From Acholeplasma laidlawii PG-8A (GTDB lineage Bacteria > Bacillota_I > Bacilli_A > Acholeplasmatales > Acholeplasmataceae), in contig NC_010163.1 in assembly GCF_000018785.1 (NCBI RefSeq), forward strand, positions 1,290,001 through 1,322,000: a DNA stretch of 32,000 bases, in the 5' to 3' direction. The translations under genes and the position numbers were made by a program. This document shows, piece by piece, positions 20,059 to 27,804 of this stretch. Each line of letters opens with the position of its first letter. Position 1 is the stretch's first letter. The notes under the pieces are model-generated. The model searched no databases. It was not told where the DNA came from and worked only from the letters and a program-made list of their open reading frames with translations.

Positions 20059-21888
20059 TTAAAATTTTGACTTTAATAACCTGCTAAGTTTGCTATCCAT
20101 ACAATAAATATATATACCCTTCATTCCTCTTTTCATTAGAACATTATATGTATTTCTTATGATCAAATCAATTTGATCTAAATCTTCAATTAAGGGTGAG
20201 CGTCTACCATGTCGTCTAAAATGACCAGCATTCATAGGATGCTTAGTATAATCAGTTTGAACTTGACCTTTTAAAGGGTTATATATTAAATCATCACCTA
20301 TAATTAATCCTATATAATCAAACTCTAATCCTTGAACTGTATCAATATGACCCACTCGATATTTTTGACTTTCATCTGCGCTAAATGTAGTGTCTTTATT
20401 CCATTGTAACGATAATCCATTTATTTTTATATCAAATAATGTTGAATCATCCTTTGAAACCCAATCAAAGACATCTCCTGCCAACATTCTACTATGAGGA
20501 GTTTCTTCAATCTTTTTCATAATTGCTTCATGCCAATCTTGAATATTATCAAAAACTTTGACTTCATATTCTAAGTCCTTGTTTACTATAACTTCCTCAT
20601 TATATAAAATACTTTCAACTGCATTAATATATTCATCATTGCCTGAACATCTAAACTGAGAACTAAGCCTTAAATTTTCATCATCATAAACGTGTGCACC
20701 AAGTTTTTTTGCAGTATGAGTAATACGCTCTATAGTAGCATAATCTCTTATATCAACTTGTTGTTTTTCATCAATAAAAAATATTGAAACTTTTGTGGAA
20801 TCAATAATTTCTTTAATTAAATCTTCTCCTAAAAGTATATTTCCAGATTTTGATCTTTTTGGTAACCTATGTGCTTCATCAACAACTAAACATTCATATT
20901 GATCCTTTGGTCGATCTCTTGATATTTTAATTGTTGAAAGAAAAAGCGTTTTTAAATGTGTATTTTCTCTGCCAGATAACTTTTTACTATAAACATTTCT
21001 AACAGCTGAGTTTTTAGTTACATAAAAAGCTAGTTTTTTGTTTTGAATAAATTCATTTAGTATTTTAACTGCAATAACACTTTTACCTGTTCCAGCACCA
21101 CCTCTAACAATAAAAACTTGTTTTTGGTTATTGCCTTCATTATCCCTAATCGCTTTAATGACATTTTGGTAGCAAATCTCTTGTTTATCCAATAGTGTAA
21201 ATACTTTATTATTGGATAGTTCGCTGGATAAACTATCCATAAGCATTTGTGCTGGAATTATTTTTGAATTTTCAATTTGATATAGTAATTGGTTATGATA
21301 TGCTTTAGAAACATGCATTTTTATAAAATTTGCAAGTCTTTGATTATCTTTTGCCGCAAATACTGGTGATTTTTCCAGAAATTCATTATAAAAATCATCT
21401 TTGATATCACTATCTTCATATAGATTATGCAAATAAGAACATGAAGAGACTTGTATATTTTCCTCAGTGATGTTTTGGTTATATGCTTCTAAATTTAGTT
21501 TGTATGTATATGCTTGGTATGAAGGGTGGAGTGCATCTTGACCATATCTTGTATCATCTGCATTGACTAGTCTACTTTTATTTGTTTTAGATACAGCACT
21601 CCACCGTTTCATTTCAACTATAATCAATGATTTTTCCAAACGATCATTTAACCCTGCGATTAAAAAGTCAATTCGATTATTAGTGATCGGAATTTTTAAT
21701 TCCATGCCAATTTCAATATCACCATCTAACCCTGCTAGTTCAAGAATATTTTTCATGTATACTGCAGCATCTTTCCATGCACTTTGTTCTGACTTACCAG
21801 CGTTAAGTTTACTGGAGATTTTTGTCATGATTTGATTATTCAAAACATCTTGATTAAATTGCTTAATCGACTCATTATATGCTAACAT
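20059..21888 (-). CDS. DUF2075-type P-loop NTPase/SF1-like helicase with N-terminal PD-(D/E)xK-like module
   Basis: The N-terminal NRIDFLIAG...LIIVEMKRW gives a D-x17-ExK arrangement. Walker A VRGGAGTGKSV, Walker B LVVDEAHRL, FRCSG, and HIDTVQGLEFDYIGLIIGDDL match the DUF2075 architecture as I recall it. The likely start is the ATG at 21888; the track start at 21903 is a TTG. Confidence 0.82.
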   Translation of the reverse strand: MLAYNESIKQFNQDVLNNQIMTKISSKLNAGKSEQSAWKDAAVYMKNILELAGLDGDIEIGMELKIPITNNRIDFLIAGLNDRLEKSLIIVEMKRWSAVSKTNKSRLVNADDTRYGQDALHPSYQAYTYKLNLEAYNQNITEENIQVSSCSYLHNLYEDSDIKDDFYNEFLEKSPVFAAKDNQRLANFIKMHVSKAYHNQLLYQIENSKIIPAQMLMDSLSSELSNNKVFTLLDKQEICYQNVIKAIRDNEGNNQKQVFIVRGGAGTGKSVIAVKILNEFIQNKKLAFYVTKNSAVRNVYSKKLSGRENTHLKTLFLSTIKISRDRPKDQYECLVVDEAHRLPKRSKSGNILLGEDLIKEIIDSTKVSIFFIDEKQQVDIRDYATIERITHTAKKLGAHVYDDENLRLSSQFRCSGNDEYINAVESILYNEEVIVNKDLEYEVKVFDNIQDWHEAIMKKIEETPHSRMLAGDVFDWVSKDDSTLFDIKINGLSLQWNKDTTFSADESQKYRVGHIDTVQGLEFDYIGLIIGDDLIYNPLKGQVQTDYTKHPMNAGHFRRHGRRSPLIEDLDQIDLIIRNTYNVLMKRGMKGIYIYCMDSKLSRLLKSKF

Positions 21889-21943
21889 CCCTTGTCCCCA
21901 CAATCTTGTTTATAACATATGCGATTTTAAATTCGTTAATGAT

Positions 21944-21971
21944 ATTGTATCATTTAAATGTATGATATGAA
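21944..21971 (-). promoter_or_regulatory. Possible extended -10 promoter for the DUF2075 gene
   Basis: TTCATA, 16-nt spacer, TGaTACAAT on the minus strand. Weak -35. Confidence 0.3.
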
Positions 21972-22115
21972 CTTTTTATGAAAAACATGCCTAAAAGTTA
22001 ACTGTAATAACATCTAAAGTAAGTTTTTTTATACAAACGACTTTTTTGTAAATCTATCATAATACCATGTAGCAGTCATTAATTATCTCTTTTATACCTC
22101 TTGGAGCCTAAAAAC

Positions 22116-22154
22116 AAAAAAACATCTATTCAGTTTATCTCCTGAATAGATGTT
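22116..22154 (-). terminator. Terminator hairpin, copy 1 of an identical 39-nt repeat
   Basis: AAAAAAACATCTATTCAGTTTATCTCCTGAATAGATGTT has a 12-bp perfect stem and a T7 run on the minus strand. It lies 33 nt after the stop at 22188 and is identical to 25935-25973. Confidence 0.75.
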
Positions 22155-22187
22155 ACCTTGATAGATCATTTCATACTTGCGTCTTGG

Positions 22188-22706
22188 TTATTTTATTAGT
22201 AATTCTAAATATTCTCTTAACTTTTCTTCCGGATGATAACAGACTTTATAATTATCTTCACAAACAAGTAACTCATTACAAAATAGACCCGCATGTCTTT
22301 GTTCAATAGAGTCTGGATGATATCCATCAGTGCCTAATATATGATCTACCATTTCTACTGCTTTATTTAATCTCGCAACTAAAGTTCTATGCTTAGTTTT
22401 GTTAAATGAAAATGATTCAGGTCGTCTATCAACATAGGCTCCTATTGCATCTAATGGTATACCAGCATCCATCATAGCGTTCATTACACCAACACTGATC
22501 ATGGGATAGAGTTCTTTAATGTGACTTTTCTTTAATCCATAGAATACAACTGTAAATCTTGATAGGTCATGCATTAATACGAGTAGATTCTTTCCACTTC
22601 GTTTTAAAAAGTGCGCATGCCAAGCATACATATCATTATCTGTGTCATGTTCTGTAATTTTCGGTTTAAAATAATCTAGCGTTGCTTTTGTACATTGTAT
22701 GTGCAC
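22188..22706 (-). CDS. hypothetical protein (172 aa)
   Basis: GTG start with an AAGGTGA RBS. It looks like a conserved soluble protein. No motif can be assigned with confidence. Confidence 0.6.
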   Translation of the reverse strand: MHIQCTKATLDYFKPKITEHDTDNDMYAWHAHFLKRSGKNLLVLMHDLSRFTVVFYGLKKSHIKELYPMISVGVMNAMMDAGIPLDAIGAYVDRRPESFSFNKTKHRTLVARLNKAVEMVDHILGTDGYHPDSIEQRHAGLFCNELLVCEDNYKVCYHPEEKLREYLELLIK

Positions 22707-23044
22707 AGGATATCACCTTAATTCAATTCATTATATCAAAATTATAGATTTCATTGGTAGTTGATAAAAGTTTAAACATAACAAAAATGGCATTCTTTTT
22801 TATTCGAAGTCTATAATTTAGTTCCACACCATCCACCAAAACATACATTCTACCATTAGTACATCACTAATTAAAAACATATACCTCTAATCTCAAATAG
22901 CACTATGAGTAAAAAACACCTACTTCTAAGTAGACGGACTAGGTATTGCAGCTAATGTGAAAATGAAAAGCGTTATACATATAACCTTTCCAAATGTAAT
23001 AACTGAGTTTAAAGTATCAATAACCCTCAATCAATTAACCAATT

Positions 23045-23091
23045 AAAAAAAGGCCTGATACATGGGACGAATGCTCATTCGCTTTTGTATC
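23045..23091 (-). terminator. Probable cadA terminator
   Basis: On the minus strand, GATACA...TGTATC encloses a CGAATG/CATTCG inner stem and is followed by AGGCCTTTTTTT. Confidence 0.45.
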
Positions 23092-23150
23092 AAACCATTT
23101 AGTGTTTATATGTGTGATGCTATCTATCCTTTTACAAATTGACACGCTAC

Positions 23151-25331
23151 CTATTTTTTTAGCACCCTCATTGCATTTAGGATTGCTATCAACGAGACAC
23201 CTACATCAGCAATAACGGCTTCCCACATTGTTGCTATTCCAAATGCACCAAGAACTAAGAAGAAAGCTTTAATACCTAATGCTAATATAATGTTTTGCCA
23301 TACAATTTTTCTTGTTCGCCTAGCAATTTTTACCGCAGTTACAATTTTTAATGGCTCATCTGTCATAATAACAATATCTGCTACATCAATTGCGGCATCT
23401 GCACCAAGTCCGCCCATTGCAATCCCGATATCAGCTCTTGCAAGTACTGGTGTATCATTTATACCATCTCCAACAAAGAAGAGCTTACCTCGTTTTGACT
23501 TACTGTTTAAAAGTTCTTCGACTTTATTTAATTTATCTTCAGGAAGTAATTCAGCGTGAATCTCATCTAATCCTAATGCTTTGCCAACACTAGTTGCAAC
23601 AGATTTTTTATCTCCCGTTAGCATTATGGTTTTCTTAACCCCTAATGCTTTCAATAGCTTTATTGCTTCTTTTGAATCTTTTTTTATTTGGTCAGATACA
23701 ACAATATTACCAACATATTTTTTATTAATAGCGATATACAAGATAGACCCTAATGCAGATGATGCTTCAAATGAAATATTTTCTCTTTCCATTAAACGAG
23801 CATTTCCTACTAATACTTCATCACTATTAACCTTAGCTTTTATACCATGACCTGAAACTTCTTTTATATCTGATACAATTTCTTGTTTAATGCTTTTGTT
23901 ATATTCTTTGACAACTGATAAAGCTATTGGATGATTTGAAAAACTTTCAACGTATGCAGTTTTTTCTAACAATTCATCCTTTGAAATATCAATAACCGGA
24001 TTAATTTGGGTCACTTTAAATGATCCTTCAGTTAATGTACCTGTTTTATCAAATACAGCAATCTCTATTTCATTTAGTGCTTCTAAATAGTTTCCACCTT
24101 TTACTAATATTCCATTTTTTGAAGCTGCACCTATCCCACCAAAGAATCCTAATGGTATAGATACAACTAGTGCACAAGGGCATGATATGACTAAGAATAT
24201 TAATGCTCTATATAACCATTCTTCAAATGTTCCAACTTGAAAAATTAGAGGAGGAATTATAGCAAGCAATACCGCTGACAATGTAACAATTGGTGTGTAG
24301 ACTCTTGCAAACTTTGTAATGAAGTTTTCAGTTGGAGCCTTTTTACTTGTAGCATTTTCAACTAACTCTAATACTTTAGCAACTGTAGATTCACTTGCTA
24401 GTTTTGTAACCTTAACTGTAAGTAAACCATTAATATTAATACAACCTGATAATATCTGTTCACCTACAGTCACATTCATAGGGACCGATTCACCTGTTAA
24501 TGCTTTTGTATCCAGTGATGAATCACCATCTATTATTATGCCATCTAAAGGAACTCTTTCACCTGGTTTAATAACAATAATATCATCCACATTTACTTCT
24601 TCAACTTTGATTTCTTGAACCTCATTACCTTTTTTTACATAAGCAACATCCGGTCGTATTGACATAAGTTTTTTAATCGATCTTCTTGATCGATTTACTG
24701 CTATATCCTGGAAGAGTTCTCCTACCTGATAAAATAGCATAACCGCAACAGCTTCAGGATATTCTCCGACAGTAAATGCTCCAATAGTCGCTATAGTCAT
24801 TAAGAAATTTTCATCAAACACTTTTCCCCTTAATATATTTCTAAAAGCTCGAAATACTACTTCTCCTCCTATTAACAGATAGCTTACTATAAACATCGGA
24901 AGATAAAAAATAGATGATTTATTAATAAATAGTACCCCAACAAAGATAAGTATACCTATGATGAGTTTTAACATTTCATGAAGACTTACTCCTTCTTCGT
25001 GGTCATGATCATGATCGTCATTTTTCGCTTTACTCAGTTCACGAATTTTAACACCTGGTTCGATCTTATCTATAATTTTTTGTGTTTTTTGTAAGACTTC
25101 ATTTTTATCAGCTAAGCTTGATAATGATAATATAAGTTTCCCTGATAAATAATCCACTCTCGCTTCTTCTATTCCATCTGTTTTATTCAATTGAATTTCA
25201 ATTTTTGCAGCACAATTAGCACAGTCCAAACCTTCAATTGAACACACAATATTTTCTTCAAATGTTAATTCACTCACTTCTACACCATCCTGTATTTCGC
25301 TTACTCTCGATTTTATCTGCACATTTTTCAC
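23151..25331 (-). CDS. cadA: Cd/Zn/Pb-type heavy-metal P1B ATPase (CadA-like); 5' end apparently frameshifted
   Basis: HMA motif GLDCANCAAKIE, transmembrane CPC (VISCPCALV), DKTGTLT, GDGINDTP. It is colinear with staphylococcal and listerial CadA as I recall them. The track start (GTG at 25331) has no Shine-Dalgarno sequence. Confidence 0.92.
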   Translation of the reverse strand: MKNVQIKSRVSEIQDGVEVSELTFEENIVCSIEGLDCANCAAKIEIQLNKTDGIEEARVDYLSGKLILSLSSLADKNEVLQKTQKIIDKIEPGVKIRELSKAKNDDHDHDHEEGVSLHEMLKLIIGILIFVGVLFINKSSIFYLPMFIVSYLLIGGEVVFRAFRNILRGKVFDENFLMTIATIGAFTVGEYPEAVAVMLFYQVGELFQDIAVNRSRRSIKKLMSIRPDVAYVKKGNEVQEIKVEEVNVDDIIVIKPGERVPLDGIIIDGDSSLDTKALTGESVPMNVTVGEQILSGCININGLLTVKVTKLASESTVAKVLELVENATSKKAPTENFITKFARVYTPIVTLSAVLLAIIPPLIFQVGTFEEWLYRALIFLVISCPCALVVSIPLGFFGGIGAASKNGILVKGGNYLEALNEIEIAVFDKTGTLTEGSFKVTQINPVIDISKDELLEKTAYVESFSNHPIALSVVKEYNKSIKQEIVSDIKEVSGHGIKAKVNSDEVLVGNARLMERENISFEASSALGSILYIAINKKYVGNIVVSDQIKKDSKEAIKLLKALGVKKTIMLTGDKKSVATSVGKALGLDEIHAELLPEDKLNKVEELLNSKSKRGKLFFVGDGINDTPVLARADIGIAMGGLGADAAIDVADIVIMTDEPLKIVTAVKIARRTRKIVWQNIILALGIKAFFLVLGAFGIATMWEAVIADVGVSLIAILNAMRVLKK

Positions 25332-25368
25332 AACTTATGTTTTTTAAATGATATCTATATTCTTTCAT
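25270..25368 (-). other. Out-of-frame 5' segment of cadA encoding an additional CxxC metal-binding motif
   Basis: The ATG at 25368 is preceded by AAAGAGTG, similar to the copB RBS AAGGAGTG. It opens MKEYRYHLKNISCEKCADKIES..., an HMA-type beta1-CxxC-alpha1 signature. This frame is offset by one nucleotide from the main ORF and hits a TGA at 25272-25270. Restoring one nucleotude near 25300-25305 would join it to ...VSEIQDGVEVSELTFEE of the main frame. Confidence 0.6.
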
Positions 25369-25383
25369 TTCTCGCACTCTTTT

Positions 25384-25746
25384 TTATTTATGTAAAAGGT
25401 GATCTAGTCCTTGGCTTATAAGTAACTTAATATGGTCATCATCCAATGAATAATAAACTGTTTTACCATCTTTTCTGTACTTTACTAACCTAGACTGTCT
25501 TAATACTCTTAATTGATGTGATACTGCAGATTGAGATGTATTAATTACATTTGCTAAATCACAAACGCATAACTCAGTTTCCATTAATGCACATATTATT
25601 TTAATACGTGTGGAATCACCGAAGGTCTTAAAAAAATCCGCTAAATTAAATATAAGTTCATCACTTGGTAAACTCTCTTTTGCTTTATTTACCGCTTCAG
25701 GATGTATAATATTTGAAGCACATACATCCATTTCTAAATTTTTCAT
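25384..25746 (-). CDS. cadC: ArsR/SmtB-family metalloregulator (CadC-like)
   Basis: wHTH region SAVSHQLRVLRQSRLVKYRKDGKTVYYSL, an alpha3 ELCVCDL Cys pair, and an N-terminal Cys (MDVCAS). It lies immediately upstream of cadA. Confidence 0.85.
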   Translation of the reverse strand: MKNLEMDVCASNIIHPEAVNKAKESLPSDELIFNLADFFKTFGDSTRIKIICALMETELCVCDLANVINTSQSAVSHQLRVLRQSRLVKYRKDGKTVYYSLDDDHIKLLISQGLDHLLHK

Positions 25747-25767
25747 ATTATTACCTCACACTTTCAT

Positions 25768-25783
25768 ATGAACATATGCTCAT
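25768..25783. promoter_or_regulatory. ArsR/SmtB-type operator (imperfect palindrome ATGAACATATGCTCAT)
   Basis: It has a TGAACA-N2-TGnTCA core, lies 6 nt downstream of the -10 element, and precedes the cadC RBS. Confidence 0.55.
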
Positions 25784-25789
25784 ACATTC

Positions 25790-25818
25790 ATTATACTTCT
25801 CTTTAAAATTACTGTCAA
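25790..25818 (-). promoter_or_regulatory. cadCA promoter
   Basis: TTGACA (25818-25813), 17-nt spacer, TATAAT (25795-25790). Confidence 0.6.
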
Positions 25819-25934
25819 CTGTTTTTTCCGTTTTAAAGTTAGTAAAAATAGCTATGTACTACAAAAATTCATGAATGGTACTCAGTATGGTTACACTATT
25901 TTTGTAAAGTAAAGAAAGTATGCCTTTCTACAAT

Positions 25935-25973
25935 AAAAAAACATCTATTCAGTTTATCTCCTGAATAGATGTT
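25935..25973 (-). terminator. Terminator hairpin, copy 2 of the identical 39-nt repeat
   Basis: Same 39 nt as 22116-22154. It lies 25 nt after the stop at 25999. Confidence 0.75.
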
Positions 25974-25998
25974 GGCTTTTATTTAATAGTTTTATTTG

Positions 25999-26493
25999 TT
26001 ACTGAGAAACTTGGTTACATATAAAAATTCTATTAGTTTCAGGAAGATATACTAAATAGAAGTATTTATGTCTATTACCACCTCCACCGACGCTATTTAA
26101 TAGTAAAAATTTATAATTTTCATTAAGATCCGGATAAAATTCAGAAGGAATATTTATTTTCCCCGATGAAATACCAAGACCTTCCATTGCATTAATAAAT
26201 GATGTTTCAAAATCATCTTTGCTAATATCATCCCCTATTGTAAACATTGTTTCTGTAAGTTCACTAGTTGTTGTAAAAACATAATAGTGAATGCTGCCAT
26301 CAATATGAACTTTTTTTGAATCATATTCCAGTTTAATACCATTAGGTAAATTAATATTCCACTCATTTTCTAATTGCGATACTTTATATGAAGCGGAATT
26401 AAAATATAGTAATCCTGCAATTATTAAACCACCTATGACTAAAAAACTACCAAGAATAATGACAATTTTTTTGGTTATATTCATATACATCAC
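25999..26493 (-). CDS. hypothetical membrane-anchored or secreted protein (164 aa)
   Basis: N-terminal hydrophobic segment IVIILGSFLVIGGLIIAGLLYF. No other motif. Confidence 0.6.
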   Translation of the reverse strand: MMYMNITKKIVIILGSFLVIGGLIIAGLLYFNSASYKVSQLENEWNINLPNGIKLEYDSKKVHIDGSIHYYVFTTTSELTETMFTIGDDISKDDFETSFINAMEGLGISSGKINIPSEFYPDLNENYKFLLLNSVGGGGNRHKYFYLVYLPETNRIFICNQVSQ

Positions 26494-26780
26494 CTCAAAA
26501 TTTCTTTTATATATATATTATGAAATAGCTGTTATATTGTTGGTAGAGATTTTAGTGGACAATAACACTTCTATTGACTCAATTTAAATATTATTCATCC
26601 AAACATTTAATCTCTTATTTTAATTCATTATACCATGTGTCCCTTAACTTCCACGCTATTCTCCTAAAAAAAATCTCTCCTGGGACACATTCGAAAGAGG
26701 TGCGGAGAGTTTTATTACCTAGATTATATATTTTTTGTAGATTTATGTCAATAAAGATTGTCTATGCAATGACTTTTTGA

Positions 26781-26812
26781 TGTGCGTTTACAATAGAATG
26801 TGTAAACGCACA
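26781..26812. repeat. 12-bp perfect inverted repeat TGTGCGTTTACA-N8-TGTAAACGCACA
   Basis: Read directly. No U-tract follows on either strand, so it is not a typical terminator. It lies 30 nt upstream of the orphan promoter. Confidence 0.6.
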
Positions 26813-26842
26813 AAATTAAAGGTCTCGATAAATTGATACATA

Positions 26843-26870
26843 TTGACATTTAAAAACATTAGTATATAAT
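26843..26870 (+). promoter_or_regulatory. Strong consensus promoter with no downstream protein gene
   Basis: TTGACA (26843-26848), 16-nt spacer, TATAAT (26865-26870) on the plus strand. Confidence 0.5.
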
Positions 26871-26876
26871 ATTTGT

Positions 26877-26959
26877 GAGTCCTAGCGACGGGTTGATAGT
26901 CTTGCTACTATCACATACAACTAAAGTCTTTCTCTATAAGAGAAGGACCTTTTTATTTT
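26877..26959 (+). ncRNA. Candidate ~80-nt small RNA (promoter-to-terminator unit)
   Basis: Downstream of the promoter there is an internal hairpin TGATAGT-cttgct-ACTATCA. A terminator follows: GTCTTTCTC-tataa-GAGAAGGAC plus CTTTTTATTTT (26926-26959). The class is unknown. Confidence 0.3.
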
Positions 26960-27804
26960 CCCCCTCCTTGCATTTATGTTTTAACACTACAATATTTATA
27001 GAAGAAGCTATGAACGAATTAAGTTTCGAGTCGTTCTTCTTTTTTTACTTATCACTTATACTAATCAACATATCATGATATTCATTCGGTGTACAGCTGA
27101 GTATATTTGATAATTGATCCAGACTTTCATGGCGATTTTTTTCTAATCTTCCAATTTTAAACAAAGTAACACTTATTACTTCTTATCGATTGTCGATATG
27201 TCATAACTTACTTATAAAATTAAAAAAATTAACAGTGTCTCTGTTTACAACTAAAGTAGTTGTTTTTCTGTTATTATACCTATAACTACTAGTTAGAGTC
27301 CGTTAATCGGTAATTGTAAGTAAATGAGGTTGTTTTCTATAACCCTATTTAAAAGAGGATGTATCAGAGATGTTACCTTTAATAAGTTCTTCTGCTAATA
27401 ACGAGTCATCATACCTCATGATATCTGAATATGCTTGTTGTTTGTAGATAAACGGATTAATGGACCCATACCAAATTACTTTATGTTTTTATATATATTT
27501 TCCCATAATAGTCTGTTTATGTGCACTGCTATGATTTTCTAGGACACATGGGTACCACCTTTCATAAATAAAATGCCTCCATATGCTAAAAGTTGAAATC
27601 GAACCTTTAAAAAAGGATATATTTCTGAGGTCTATACGTTTGTTTTTCTTAAAAATGAAATACCTCTAAGTAGAAACTGTTTGAGTGATAATATTTTTTT
27701 ATTATTTATCCTGTTTACTTTTAGATTACCAGTGTATGTCTCCTAGTATTCAAAAAAAGAACCAATCATTTCTAATTGATTCTACGTGTTTTGACTAATG
27801 ATAC

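Noticed and set aside
22911-22937. Similarity between AAAAAACACCTACTTCTAAGTAGAC (22911-) and AAAAATGAAATACCTCTAAGTAGAA (27651-)
   Set aside because: Only about 20 of 27 positions match and the flanks are not colinear. This is most likely chance in AT-rich sequence.
26781-26812. GTGCG at the start of the inverted repeat as the 5' end of a group II intron
   Set aside because: No domain V-like element (AGC triad stem with a GNRA loop) and no intron-encoded ORF were found in the following 1 kb.
26877-26959. preQ1-I-like tail (CAACUAAAG after a hairpin), or a ykkC/guanidine motif, in the candidate sRNA
   Set aside because: The hairpin loop is only 6 nt, too small for the preQ1 pseudoknot. The conserved ykkC blocks are absent, and there is no downstream gene to regulate.
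26574-27078. Track ORFs 26574-26780 (68 aa) and 26875-27078 (67 aa) as real genes
   Set aside because: Neither has an RBS, and their composition is low-complexity. The second runs through an intrinsic terminator and starts at a GTG right at the predicted transcription start.
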